DNA of 64,000 nt from Takakia lepidozioides. Its lineage: Eukaryota > Plantae > Bryophyta. The DNA lies in contig CM060734.1 of NCBI GenBank assembly GCA_030704615.1, forward strand, positions 23,126,001-23,190,000, written 5' to 3'. This document shows, one piece after another, positions 34,843 through 48,789 of the stretch. The translations under genes were made by a program, and so were the position numbers. The notes under the pieces are model-generated. The model did not search any database, had not been told where the DNA came from, and was given only the letters and a program-made list of their open reading frames with translations. How positions within the stretch are numbered: the first letter of the stretch is position 1; each line of letters starts with the position of its first letter.

Positions 34843-36504
34843 TCATTCGCACTTGATTATTTTGCAGTTGTTGGGCTCTCTGACATAACTTTTCTCTTCA
34901 GGATACGCCAGAACTTGCCAAAACATTGTGTATTTTATTCCCACATACGTGGATTTTGTACCTATATTAGCAATCATGACAGTACATGTGTTGCCCCCGG
35001 GTGAGTCTTGCAGGAGGCGTGTGAGCTTGGAGTCTCGATACGGAATATGAGAGCTCTTTCCATCCACAAGGGCAAAAATGACATTGCGTAGAGCAGACAG
35101 AGACCAGTTTATGTTGGTCAGCTCCTTGAACCTGTCCCCCAGTGGCTCCTGTCTTGTTCAGCCTTTCAGTGCCTGCCAAATCGACCTGAGCATTTTTGTG
35201 CCTCCATTAGAGTGACCATGAAATCGACACAATAACATTCAAACATAGACCAACAGGTGTTCCCTTACTGTGACCAATAAAGCTTCCAAATGAAACAAAC
35301 ACGAGCACCACACACTTTTCCTCGGTCCATCCTCCTCCCCTTGCCAGACTTACAGGCTATACAAAATAACGCCGCAAGGGTTCCAGTTGAAAGCCCTCTC
35401 GCACTGGACGCTCTAGGATTCCACATTTACTACCCCATCTCACAGGCCTGACAAGGAGGGCCAAATATTCGAATGATATCCTACAGATTCCAGCATGAAT
35501 ATTGCACTTATTCCTACATGATTACCATACTTCTTGGCAGAGGATAACTTCATTAGGTCTGCACAAAACCCTATTAAAATGCAGTTTGGTAACCCACATT
35601 GACAGAGGCGGCCGTCAAATTCCCAACATGACACACCAATCTGGTAACCAAGTGTCCTTTATGTTGCCTATTCAGCTGAGCATCCATAGCTTTCCCCTGA
35701 CTGCCTGATTGAACCTTTCTATGTGGGTCAGAGGATAATTGAAGAAGTTCCTTTAGAAGTTTTCAAGCCCCCACTAATAGGTTATCTTATATCGAAAAAC
35801 CGGTACTTAGGAAGGTAGGGAGGGACTAGGGACCATGAGAAGGCGGCTGATGTCAGAAACGCTTTGTACCGTCACAGCTGTGAGGTTCTTCACATACACT
35901 CCTCCTTCGGTACTCTCCTTCAGTTCCAGGCGAGCCCAGGAGTTGGGCCTTGCAAGTAAATCGCGTACCTCCTCGTTGGGAATTTCAAGGTATGATGCCC
36001 GCACCAGGAAGTGATCAGAGCTCTGACTTTCCTGTATATGAGCAAGTATATCCTCAAATGCATTTGGGATGATGCCCCTGACTTCTGCATCTCAATTCCC
36101 ACCCACTGTTGGCCTGTTATCAAGCAGCATTGCAAGTAGATTATCTCATGAGAACATGTCCAACTGTTGGCATGACCGACTTCAATAATTAACACCGGGA
36201 TTATAATATTTGCACTGACTTCGTTTCTCTCTCCCTCTCTTGTGATGCTATGGCAAACGTGTTGTGATTACATTCTCTCTCTCTGGTGCGGCCATTACAA
36301 GGCTACACCAGATTCCATCAGAACTGAGGTTAAGAGCCTTTCGGCCGAAATAGTACTGGGATGCGTGACCTCACGGGAACCCCCAGTGCTGCACCCACTA
36401 TTTAGAGTACATTCTCTCAAGCGTCCTTGTCGCATGGACCTTTGTAGCCCTCTGTAGACAGTATGAAGTTTCTTTCATTCCTTCTCTCTCTCTCTCTAAG
36501 CCTG

Positions 36505-37070
36505 AAACTGAGTTAGAATATAACTTCCCTGAACTTGTTTCCAGTCTGTGACATGGGCAAGGACCTTAAGGATGATTTCAAGGGCCTACCTAACCTCGGC
36601 ACTAGAGTGAAATTTAAACTCAGGACAGGAAGTCTACCTTTCAACAATAATTAGATGCACAGAGGAAGAGGAGATTGTAATTGCCCACTGTGCGGGCAGC
36701 CTGAAGACAATGTCCATTTTCTGATACATTGTCCAGGTTATTCTCACCAGAGAGTGACCCTCTTCAGGATGATCAAGAACATTGTACCTGCACCTCTGTT
36801 CACCAACTTTCAAAATCTTGAGGCTGAGCCCAAAGCCCTGGCCCTGTTGGGGTCTAATTGCTGGGTAGCTCACACACAGCAGGTTGATGCTTGTGTGAAG
36901 GGCTTTCTAGAGGATATCTGGAAAACCCGAACTAATTGTCTCCATCAAGGTAAGTCACACTACCAGAGTGAGCCCCTCACAAAGGTAGTATCTGTTCACT
37001 TTTGTTTTGCCCAAACAGGGCGCGGGGTCTATGGCCACAAGACTACAGCAAACAACGTCTTATAAGCACA
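36505..37070 (+). mobile_element. 5'-truncated LINE (RTE/RTEX-like), copy 2, in kinesin intron 1
   Basis: KFKLRTGSLP..CPLCGQPEDNVHFLIHCPGY..R zinc finger; TSD CTCTCTCTCTAAGCCTG at 36488-36504 and 37071-37087. Confidence 0.9.
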
Positions 37071-38931
37071 CTCTCTCTCTAAGCCTGGTTTGAGGGAGGA
37101 GTAACAGTCATGCTACCCGCCCCAGGACCACAAACACATGCTTCAGCAATTGGATTTTACATTGGAGAAGACCACATTTGCCACATGCTCATACAATCTT
37201 TCTAATCCAAGAGAAGTAGAGTATAAAGAAGCTTTAGAAAGACAGAAGGAAAATTCACCAGGAGGATCTTCAGGGCCATCCATGGTGAAGGTTATACCGG
37301 AGGCAGTCTGGCCATAAGACAGCACAGTGCCATTGTAACGCTGTGCACAATTGGGTGAGCCACATCATCGTACAGCTGGCGCTGTGTGCAGGAGCTGTCA
37401 TAGGTGCGATCGAAGGTGAAAAGTTTGGGAGGCATGTCTGCTTGTTTGACATTCCTGACTCGAATAGTGCTGCTGACAGTGTCCACGAGCACGCAATTGC
37501 TCCTGCCCTCCGCCATCTCCTTGTCCAACATGGGCCGGCATCGGACCACCACTTGCACACGCTCCCTGCGTGCTCCCGCATCGTTGCCGGGGTTCCATCG
37601 CGACGCACACATGCGCCCCTTGTTGTCCTTCATTGCTCTGCCGCGCTCCCTCTCTCTCTAACCCCTGCTTGCACCATATGAGATGCAGACTCATTTGCGC
37701 ACCCCCTATCCTTCTAAACCCCGAGCAGATTCATTACATCAACCTGCTGCTAGGAAGGAATCTAAATTGCTTTTTTCCTCTCCATCTCATACTTGATAAT
37801 GATTGAATAAACTGCTCCTTGAATCCATGCCTACCAGAAGAGGATGTCGTGTACAAAACCAGGACAACATGTCTCCGACGTATTTTCCCCTCAGTTAGAT
37901 CCACAAAAGTACTATTCCCATGATTGTAAGAAAAAACCGAGGTAGAAAGACGGCAGAGAGATGTTGGCGGTTACAAGAGGTGATCATATGAGCCAGGCGA
38001 AATGCCGTGGTACTGTATCGGTCAGACATGCAAACCATCGGTCGACACCTTAACTGCCACACTCCAAATGTAGTTGCAGTGTATTACCAGAGATGGTTTC
38101 TACTTCCCAGCAGCCGCCAGCCTCTTCGGAACCGGCCGGTTCTGCCAGCGAATGCCCTGTGAGCTCTCGAATGGACGAATATGAACTACATGGAATTGCT
38201 GCATGATCTTGTCAATTGATGAAGGTGCGAGACAGAGTACGAGACTTCGCATGGGTTTCCTACTGCGCCCCAAAAGAGTCTTAAAGGTGTCCAACGCTGG
38301 TCAAGCAAGGGCTTAGAAGTTTCAGAATGCAGGTGATAACTGTTGGAAAAAGGTCCCGTCTCTTCAACTTTTGCATATGCCAAACTTCATTGCAATCAAG
38401 TAGATTTGTGTTGCACCCCGGAGGCAGAATACAACTGCTGCTCTTGATGGGAGCAGAAGCCCCACAACCAGCGCAAGGAGGAGAAACCCAGATGTCAGCC
38501 TGGTACAGCACCAATAAGCTACAAAAAAAGATACAGGAACTTTCATCTTTGGCATATTACAATGGGTTGTGTTCATTCCAGTCTGCATTGCCTCACTAGT
38601 ACCTGTGGGACCACCTTAGATTCTCCCCATCGATGGTATGAAAAATGTGTGGATACAAAGCAGACCCCAAGTTGTGCCTTGTAGGTCTGAAACTAACTGA
38701 AACCTTGCATCCTTGGAGGCAGCAGACTGAATATAAAAGGCAACCCAAGCCTTTTAATTGTCGTAGTCACTTTCACTGTGAACCTGTGTACTCCAAGAAG
38801 AGCTTAGGAAATTAAGCACCTCTGGGACCTCTGTTATCAGCCTGAACTGTGTCCCCAGGACCCAGCAACATTACTAGACTGATCAGCAGATGATCAAAAC
38901 AATGGGATAAAATTTGTATCACAATTGCCTA

Positions 38932-41900
38932 CTACCATTCATCTTCCTCGTCTGACTTTTGTCTGGAGGCCACAGCACACCGCTTCCGGTTGTCCAGCAC
39001 TGAGCCCACTTGAGAACATGCACTGCTGCTACCCAGCTGTCCTGCCTCTGAAGGAAACCGGTCGGCAACTGACCTTTGACCCATACCCCTCACCTGCCAC
39101 TTCTGCAGGCCTCTGGAACCCGATTGGTTCAGCCTATGCACCAAGAGACCACCACTTGAGGATGAGGCTGAATCACCACCTCTATCAGAAGAACTATCAC
39201 TTGAAGACGAAAGAGGGATAGGAGTGAAAGACAAAGCTGCATTATTGCATTTCAAACCCGAGACCCCACCAAAACCCCCTGCAAACCCACCCAGCGCCCG
39301 GCGAGGCGCAGCTGTTTCCCGGCCAAGAGGCACACCTGGAAAAGCACTCATCACACCCTTCCTAGAATCTGACATGTCAAAAAGACCTGGATAGAAAATG
39401 TTCCACATCTGCTTTGAAAGGGCTGCTCGATATGATCTGGATGACTCCTGATGCGTGCCTAAGGCATCATCTAGCAACCAGCCAGGGAGCGACCTGCGAA
39501 AGCATGTCCGAGCTTTACGGTCCAGAACGTAGGATACCCCAACCCCCAGCAAGTGCCCACCTATAACTCCTGGCACCAGCAACCGCACTCCTGTTTTGTC
39601 CCTCCTTGCCAGGACAGCTGCCAGCTGGCAGCCGCATCCAAACATTCTCAATTGCAAATGCAAACTGCAAACACGATACAAAATGCCCAAATGTGAGTAG
39701 ACATGGTGGCTCCAATCTTAAAACATAAGCTCCAAAAAGCCACTTGCAGAAGGTGGCTCCAATCTTCCTGCTTCCCTCTCTCCCCTCCAAGCTCCATGCG
39801 AGATGTAAGGAAATCTAATGAGTACATCAACTTCTGACATTGCCTCCCTAAAGAGAATCCAGTGTGCCCCATAGTTATGAGATGCAAAGGTGTGCCGGCA
39901 GGCCTCAGCCCTCCTGATCAATGGGTTTCTCAAGATATCTCTTGCTACTAAGCTCTTGCATCACAAAACGACAGTCACATTCCAGCTCAAAAAGAAATTA
40001 AAGGGAGCCCAAGAACTCACTTAAATGGAACTGGATGAAGAAAACTCATCCAGACAGATGGAACCACAACCTCTAAAAGATAGTTTCTCGAAACCTGCGA
40101 AGTACAAAATACGCAGTTACACAAGAATGAAGCCCTCAACCGACTCTCATTCACTATTGCGTCACGATGATTCAACCCCTGTGAGAGCAGATAATGCACC
40201 AGCAGAGTCCCCAAGTTTATCTGCCTGGGGCATCGAGATCCTTGCTACACTACTCTGTCTTGTTTGTGCTTCAACAGCACTCCCCATCTCTCCATAGCAT
40301 CACACCCTAGAAGAAAACAGTATCAGTCAACACGATAATGGTAAGGAGATCAAGGCTTAAGAGGGAGAGTCTGACAGGCTGCGAAGTCCACATTTAGGAT
40401 ACATTGATGCAGTAGATATGTTTGGGAGCTGAGACTGTCTGTCTCAGCTTCTGGATTTTGAAACAGCATTTTTCGTAGCCAGAGCTCACGGTTTCAGCCA
40501 GAAATCACCATGGGTGAAGCAGCATACTAACAGGAAACCAGCATACCTCGGTAACTACACCTTACTTTGTGTACCTAAAGGCTAATACAAACTTCTACTT
40601 CACAACAGTCCCCCATCAAAAGCCAGCTGAATATGCAGCCTACTTAAGCAGATCTACTAAGTATGGCAAACTGTTTGAGACTACATGTTCACTATTTAAT
40701 GTTTACGCTGCTCAGTCGGACTGGTGTGTGATACACTAAGTGACAATCACACAGGGTGGAGGTTGCCTTCTGCAGTAAAAAAGGAAAGATAATGAACGAG
40801 TTGCTAGCATGATAGAGCACACTGGTACTAGGGAAGCTTTCTTTCTTTCCAGGTACTAACAAAGAGTTGCAAGTACATTGATTTGTTCTCTTCCGTATCT
40901 CCTTTCCTTACTCTCACAGGCTCGTAGACTTTGGTTCAAGATCTTACATGAGTCTCGAGAAAGAGTTTGATGCTCTCACACACCCACAGTAGCATAACAA
41001 ACCACCAAAGCGTCTTGCCACGATGGCTTCTGTACCTTCACACATAACCACTCACGCAGGTCAAACAAATGCTAGGCAGATTCATCCATAACACAGTAAT
41101 TCAACGGCACACCCACAGATAACTCAGCATTTGCAATGCCCTCAGATCACAAATGCATAAAGGAATAGCCAGTCTGGACAAAGGGAGAGCTCAAAGGGAA
41201 AACCAGTGTCTAGACTTACCATTTAGAATCGCCAAACTGGATGGCCAAGCAACCAGTGCACAGAACTGGAACACACATGTGCCATAGCTGGCATGCTGCA
41301 ATCAATGACTGACCAGGTGGCACCACAGCCTTAGACCATGGGACACCCAAAACACAGAAAAAGGGTTACTTACCAGTCAAGCCTTTCACTCCCCCACCCA
41401 GAGAATCCTGGCTACATGCAACTTTGCTGACAGTGGCATCTGAGCAAGAGAACCCGTGAATGCCAGGACCTCAACACTTCTCTCTTGCTCTCAAACGCCC
41501 CTCTAATCCACAACTGAGCTACGAGGGGATGCACAATCTCAGTACATTCTTCCTGATAACTAACACACAGGTATATAAGGAGGTCCATAATAAACACAAA
41601 AGCAGCCCTTCCTTTGGATTTTTCCATTACTAGGTCCTGTATATTCAAGTTAAATTTCCTTGAAAGAAAGAAAAAGCATTACAACATCTTCAGATTGACC
41701 CTTCATTGTATCACCAGAGCTGTAAGGTATAACATGCATTTCAACCAAACCCACACCTCCGACAGTGCAAAGGAAAATAGCCATCTTTTCCTCCCAGAAG
41801 AATCACCAAGGGGTAGATATACTCATTGACCATTGCCGGTCCAGCTTGGCTATCATGTAACTTGCAGACATCATCCCAATGTATACTGCCACCCAGGTGT

Positions 41901-42052
41901 ACAGCCCACTAGAGTGGAAAGATTCAACGAGATTGCCACAGCACTAGCAACAATCCGGTTGCAGATAGTTTAGTATAGATGTGTCTTCATACTGGGAAGT
42001 ATCAGGTTGACTCCAGCCCTGTACCAGAGCCATCTAGCTGGAAACAGATTGT

Positions 42053-42095
<43 letters not shown>

Positions 42096-42940
42096 AGGAG
42101 GAGGAGGAGGAGGGAGAGGAACCTGTAGAGCAATCCAAGATCCAGGTCTTGAAAGTGCCTTTAAAACTCGCAACATATGGGGCACACATAAAGCCAGCTT
42201 AAATATTACAGAAACGTAGTCATGATTATCAGTGTTAATGTTGATTTTGCGGCAATAGGCACCCTCCACACTTGCGTTAAGGAATTTAAGAGACCAGTTA
42301 TCGAACTGCGGTATCCCTCCAGGAATATTTGGTAGTGGGGGACCGGCCGCTGCCACCGCTGCCTGGACTTGTGCATCTCCTTCCATCTTTGCCTCCTTCG
42401 CTGCATTAGCCACCCTCTCATAAAGCTCCCTCTCCTGAGGCAAACCACAAATTCCCAATCAGATCGTATCTAACTGCAATATGTGAAGTTGCTGTATAGA
42501 GCTCGTCAACATAAGAACATGAACCTCCTTCAGGTTACTATGCAATCATGTAACTGTAAGCTGACAATTAAAAGTGGGGCAGGGTCACTCATTGAACTAG
42601 ACCCTCCCTGCATTGGTCCAGCCCAAGAGCTCACAGCCGTCTCAAACATAGCAATGCTATACCAAACAGTGCAATACATGATTTTCCTGTTCCGTGAACT
42701 TCAGCATCCCCGCCATTCGAGCCCGATGCCGAAAGCTCACCAGACTCCACGCCTCGCCACTTGATAGTCGGAGGCTTAACTGTGGATATATTTCAGTAAA
42801 TTGAAGAATAGCACAAGCCCCATCACCACAAGTGAAAGGCCTTGCGAAGGGAGAACTTTTTTCCCGGTCTAGCCAGCATCGTGAGTGTGGTCAAACCGAA
42901 GCTTGTTGTTCCAATTTTTTTCACACGGCATCCACACATG
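38932..42940 (-). pseudogene. Unidentified multi-exon gene remnant
   Basis: Protein-like exon 42458-42124 (ICGLPQERELYERVANAAKEA..WIALQ|GT), acceptor CAG near 42020, GTAAGT donors near 41219 and 41373, and a 252-aa ORF at 38932-39690. No family recognised. Confidence 0.35.
42055..42120. repeat. Compound microsatellite (GA)n(GGA)n
   Basis: Directly visible. Confidence 0.95.
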
Positions 42941-43631
42941 AAGGAACACAAACATCGTGCGTGCTCGCTGCCTTGCCTCAGCAGCCATCCATATCGACCT
43001 TGTAATCCCACGACTTCCCACCCTCCAGACACTTCACTGGCTATCGCCTCCCCACACACCCCTCCTTACCGGGAAAATAGATTGGAGGGTGAAACACTAC
43101 TGGGCCAAACGAGAGGGAGAATCTGTGGAAGGAGGCAGAAAGGACCCAGCTCTTGCGCTTACCATTTTTTGTCAAGCTCGAACGTCATAAGGCTACAGAA
43201 CCCCAGAGACAGACACCGAAAAAAAGAGAAGTCACACCATAGACACTCTTCAACTCACAGTAGCGAGCTCCCTGGAGGCAATCGGACTTCATACATCTCA
43301 ACAGACCTTATCATATAGGTTTTGTGACGGAAAAAACAAATTTGTGGACTTTGCTCAGGATGGTGAGACCGAGGAAACGGGAGAGCGCACACAAAGGGCA
43401 AAGCCTTGCTGCCGGACGCGGCGGGCGAGGCCGATCTGAGCCCCCTCTGAAAAAAAGCAAGCGAGCGCGAGCGAGAGAGAATGCAGGCCAGCAAGGCGGC
43501 CATGCCATGTCATGACGTGTCATTCCACCCATCATGCTATGTCATGCCTCATCATTCACCGCATCATAAATTAGTCTTCCTCTCCGATAAATATATGACA
43601 TCGCCTTGAGAACTGTGCTCGGGCAAAACTC

Positions 43632-45180
43632 TTGGAATTCGATAGAGAATAGAGATAAAAGATGAATTGATTTCTGAGAACTCTCCACCCAACCATAGGA
43701 CCACAACAAGCTATGTGTCCACCCTCTGAGCTCTCCCTATTTATACTCAAAGTCTAATCCAGGAATAGTTGAGATAACTATAGCATAACTACTTGCTTTT
43801 ATTTAAGTTATCTCCACCTGCTATTTTGGTACACTGACTTGAGTCATTAATAACTGAAGCTAACTTTAGCTATCATTTAGCTAACTGAGGCTTATCTCTA
43901 TTGTTAACTAATAACTGAAGCTAACTTTAGCTATCATTTAGCTAACCGAGGCTTATCTCTATTGTTAACTGTGACTTGTCAGCACTGCTATTATGGAAGC
44001 CTGACTTGTCATCACAGTAACTCTGAGTAGCAGTAACTTGGTAAGGAGTTGATTTCCAACACCCTCACTCAACGAGTTACCAAGTTAAATACTTAACTAC
44101 TCCCATCAAGCCTCGAAAGCGTTCATGTTTTTCAGCATTAAGCCTTTTTGTCAGTATGTCCGCAACCATGTTGTTGGTGTTGCAATATATCAGCTTAACA
44201 ACTCCAGCTTCAGTCTTCTCTCGTACCAGATAATGAATCTCAATATGCTTTGTGCGAGCATAAAACATTGGATTCTTCGAGAGAGCAATACACCCTTGGT
44301 TGTCATCATATATGACCATGGTATCCCTCTGTGGATGACCAATACTTTGAGAGAAATGATGATAACCATAACGCTTGCCTTGTAGCTTGAGATGCAGCCA
44401 TATATCCTGCCTCAGTTGAGAACATAACAACTGTCGATTGCTTCTTGCTGCTCCAGCTAACAGCTCCATTTGCTAGCATAAAAACATAGTCAGATATAGA
44501 ATGGCGGTCATCAACGAAACCAGCCCAATCTGCATCACAATAGCCGTATAGCTTTGTGCTTTTGCAAGCACTATCTGAGATACCATATGAACCCATTTGA
44601 TCCAATTGAACTTTATCATTGTTCTTTCTCAAGCATAGACCATAGTCCAGTGTGTCTCTCAGATAACGAAAAATCCACTTTACTGCAACCCAATGGAGTT
44701 GCCCAGGGTTAGCCACAAATTATCTTACGACCCCCACTGCTTGTGCAATATCTAGCCTAGTATAGACCATTGCATACATGAGACTTCCCACAACACTCTG
44801 ATAGGGAACATCTCTCATTGTCTCCAAGTCTGCAGCACTCTTAGGACTCATCTCATTTGAGAGTTTGCAATTTGGGACAAACGGGGTATTTACCGGCGTA
44901 CTTTCAGCCATATCAAAGCGCCTTAAGATATCTTCAAGATACTTACGCTGGTTTAGGTAAATCGCTCGGTCTTGTCGAACACGAGATACCGATACCTCCA
45001 AGCAGTACTAGATCTATTTCAAATCCACAATCTCAAACCTCTTTGAGATATCACTTTGTCTTTTTCAACAAAGCCTGATCAACACATGATCACATGATCT
45101 CTTTCAGATCCACCATCTCAAACCTCTTTGAGATATCACTTTGTCTTTTTCAACAAAGCCTGATCAATACATGATTTAAG
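43632..45180 (-). mobile_element. Copia LTR retrotransposon, 3' part (RT C-terminus, RNase H, PPT, LTR 43632-44061)
   Basis: VPYQSVVGSLMYAM, YCDADWAG, VSWSSKKQ, DNQGCIALSKNP..RTKHIEI, ADILTK; PPT GTTGAGTGAGGG before TGTTGGAAATC. The LTR carries a tandem duplication of about 61 bp. Confidence 0.93.
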
Positions 45181-45410
45181 ATCTCCATTGAGAAATGTTG
45201 TACATACATCCATCTGATGTGCCTCAAGATTTTCAACGGATGAGTACCAAATATAGATAATAAATATATTGCATCAGATTTACTTTTATCATGGTAAGTT
45301 GCCACTGATTTAGGCTGGGAATCGTATTTTTATATATGTATGTGTGTGCGCATGTGTGTAATTTCAGTAGATGAGAAAGATGAGCTAAATTACAATTGTA
45401 GGGATGTTTT

Positions 45411-45800
45411 TGTTGGAAATCAACTCCTTACCAAGTTACTGCTACTGTGATGACAAGTCAGGCTTCCATAATAGCAGTGCTGACAAGTCACAGTTAACAA
45501 TAGAGATAAGCCTCAGTTAGCTAAAAGATAGCTAAAATTAGCTTCAATTATTAATGACTCAAGTCAGTGTACCAGAATAGCAGGTGGAGATAACTTAAGT
45601 TAAAGGAAATGGTTATGCTATAGTTATCTCAGCTATTCCTGGATTAGACTTTGAGTATAAATAGGGAGAGCTCGGAGGGTGGACACACAGCTTGTTGTGG
45701 TCCTATGGTTGGGTGGAGAGTTCTTAGTAATCAATTCATCTTATCTCTATTCTCTGTCGAATTCCAACATGGTATCAGAGCGAGTTTTTGTCTAAGAGAT
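45411..45800 (+). mobile_element. Copia 5' LTR (45411-45769) plus tRNA-iMet PBS, same family, opposite orientation
   Basis: TGTTGGAA...TTCCAACA followed by TGGTATCAGAGC (45770-45781); reverse complement of the LTR at 43632-44061. Confidence 0.95.
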
Positions 45801-46934
45801 AGAAGGAGATGAGTATTTGATTTACAACCTATAGGCTTGAGTGCTTGCTGTTAGATCTGAAAGTTTGAGGTATTTTGTACTTGTATGATAGAAATAGGGT
45901 TCCTTTGAGACAGGGATCGCGTAGAGGGGCATTGTAGATATTCTCATGATGTACTTTGTATACATCCGATTAATCGATTGATGTAAAAAAAATTCTTGTT
46001 GCTCGTGTGGGTTGCGACTTTGCATATGTGATCTAAACATACTTATGCACATGTGGACCAAATATGAGCTTGAACCAAGTTGATTCAATGGGTCATTCTA
46101 GTGTTGAACGCAGCTACGTGTCATAGAGACGGAAAATTGTGTTTCGCCTGCAGATGATTTTGTTTTTATTCCATTTTCAAGCCATATGCTTAATGATAGC
46201 ATATGCAATGTGCGTGCAAAATTTGGGAGTAAACAAAAGTCATTTGGACCCATAACCAGATTTGGTTCTCTCATTTGCACTCCAAAGTTGAATTATCTTC
46301 AACTTCATGCACTCTTGATAGAGAGTTCTGCAAAAGTGACCCTAGAAACACACTTATTTTTTTTCATTTTTTTTTTGGTCCCATTTTTGCATGGATGTAG
46401 TGGTGCAAAGCCTGATGTCACAGAACAAAATAGAGCTAAAAATAAAATCATTACGCCCCTCAAAACCGCAATCATATATTTTCTAAATGCAAATATTTAT
46501 ATTAATTTAAATTCGATTTAATTCAAAATTGGTGCAAGGGTGAGTGCGTCGTTGGGGAGGCAAATTTTTTTTTTTATTAAATTTTTATCCTGCTGGATCT
46601 TTGTACAGGTGTTGCACACATATTTAAGCACATGTAGGAAAAAATGAAGCTTGAGCCACATCCATTTGTTGGGTGCAATGGCATGAGAGGATTTTCTTTC
46701 ACATTAATAAACAAAATTTGGTTGATAGGGTGAATGCGTCACTGGGGGGCAAATGATTTTGTTTGGGTTTAAAACTTTGCATGCGTGTACGTTGCGCACA
46801 TACATGTAATTATTGAATGACATATTTGATGCACACACACATTGAAGGTTGTTGTTTGCATTTCGCTTATAATGAAGTGTATGGTTGCAATGACACATTA
46901 TAATATATGTCTTTATGTTCATTTGTTTGTATCA

Positions 46935-47265
46935 GGACTTTGTCCATCCCTTCCCGGTCTTTTCTCTTGGCACCCCATCCGAAAACAACCCAAGTACATC
47001 AGGCGGGAGCCGTGGGCGAGACGCCGCTCCTATGGTACCAGACGATGATGACGTTGACAGTGATAATGACAGTGACAACAACAATGAGCATGGAATTAAC
47101 CAGGAGGATGTGCAAGCCATGGAGGATCTCTTAATGCATCATGTGGGTGCTGATGCATCCCATGAAGAGGGAACTCGGCCAATCAATGATCCTGAAATGG
47201 CCCCCTCAAATGACATGGAGAGGGAGGCGAGAACTCCCTTGTAGAAAGGGGCGAAAGTGAGTCGA
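46935..47265 (+). pseudogene. Probable CACTA transposase N-terminal fragment
   Basis: Acidic linker followed by EARTPL*KGAKVSR, like the A.TPLY.G..S motif that precedes Transposase_21 domains; cut off by the L1 fragment. Confidence 0.5.
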
Positions 47266-48570
47266 GGGGGGATGGATGTTCCTGGCCCCGCTTCTTTTCC
47301 TTTTACCCTCCTTGCAGTTAGCTTTGATATGGCCCACCTGTCCACAGTTGAAGCAGGCTAGAGAAGCAGTTTCTTCTACTAGTCGGATAGTGTAATAATT
47401 GCCTTCCCTGTCAATGGGGAGTCTCACATAGGGTGGGAAAGATTCTTCATTGGGCATCATAACCACAAATTTAGCACAGCCTGAGTCATTCAGCCTTGAG
47501 GCTATAGTGGTGGATTTCCATGTTGGGTCCAACTTGAGATCTTCTGAGGTAAGCAAAGGATCAAACACCCCCATGCATCCCAGATAGAAATACCCAAAAT
47601 GTCTAGCAATATTTGGGAGGTTGTAAAGGTATTGATCTGGAATAAATGGCACTGTGATGATTCTAGGCCCCCAAAGCTTACAATTTCTGTTGCCTAGTTT
47701 GGAAGACCAATAGAAGACATTGACATTGAACCCATGGAGATGTGGGTTGAATTTCAATGCCACATCTGCCGCTTCCTGCGTCTCAAATAGGATTGAGAAG
47801 AAGCCTCTACCTTTGGCATGACAGAAGTGCTACTTTAGCCCCCTTCCCCCCCCCCCAAGATGGCGGGAGGCCCAGTCCCTAACGTGAGCCCTGCTAACTT
47901 TCCTGCTTGGAAAGTGCAACAGGACGCCTTTTTCTTCCATTGTAGTAACCCGACTGTCAAGACCGTCTTTGTCCACCTCAACTAAAGACCATTCACCACT
48001 CATTGCCTCTTGCTCTTCTAATGTGTCCTTGAGGTAGTCTTGCTGATCGCAGGGGATGGGTGAGTCTTCCATCGTTGGATTGAACATTGAATCATGAGGA
48101 GGAACGTTGGGCCGCTGCCAGGAGCTGGATGCCGCGTGGAGAAGTGGCGACTGTGGCCTGCCGGGGACCGAGCGATGAGGGGGGATTGATCGAGCCTGAT
48201 GCGCCAGGAAATAGCCAGTGCCCGAGGAGGGTGGAGGGTGGTTGAATTGCTAAATTCGTGGTGATCTCTGGTGAGCTCGCTTCCAGCCATTGCCATGATT
48301 CTTTAGCTGGGACGAGCTGAATGGAGCCATTTGAGAAAGAGAGAAGGATTCAAGGGGAATGGTGTAGGTTGGGGCAGAAGACGATGGTTGAGTGAGGAGA
48401 TACCAGCGGTGGAGACAGGAGCCCGCAGCGAGGAGGCAAGGTGGCGGGCTATTGAAAATGTTAATGTTATGGGGCCGACCAAATGGCAGGGTGGAGTAAA
48501 GGTTTCGTATGTGACGGCGACGGCACAGCCGTGTGGGGATAAGGACAGATCAATTGCACCGCCAATCTGT
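47265..48570 (-). mobile_element. Second L1-clade LINE fragment (5' UTR and ORF1 N-terminal half)
   Basis: KGVLLHFP..WASRHLG..KGRGFFSILF..PRIITVPFIP..CFNCGQVGHIKANC, collinear with the ORF1 at 17681. Confidence 0.85.
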
Positions 48571-48789
48571 AGTGGAGTTTAATGGATATGACATGGATGA
48601 AGGATGAGGAAGAGACGCTGAGATAGCAACCCAGCGTTCTCAGTCTTGATGTTAAGAACTGTGGCTTAAGTTTTCCTGAAAGAATTCATTTGAATGCCAT
48701 TCCATGGCTTGGGTTGTGTTTTTCGAGGTTATGGCCTCTGAGTTTCAATGTCTTCAAGATATTAAGACTTGAAGTCTTGTTAAATTTCC

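Larger units (their letters stand above)
22257..37633 (-). pseudogene. FLA8: Kinesin-II motor subunit (FLA8/KIF3B-like) pseudogene; exons about 37633-37259, 36084-35834, 35185-34962, 25124-24919, 23692-23579, 23472-23270, 22495-22257
   Basis: VQVVVRCRP, FTFDRTY, YGQTASGIT (P-loop GKT changed to GIT), [65 protein letters not shown], coiled-coil exons, tail VDNILRLELDMPERTTYD typical of KIF3B/FLA8. Frameshifts present; switch-I (SSRSH) exon not found. Confidence 0.9.
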
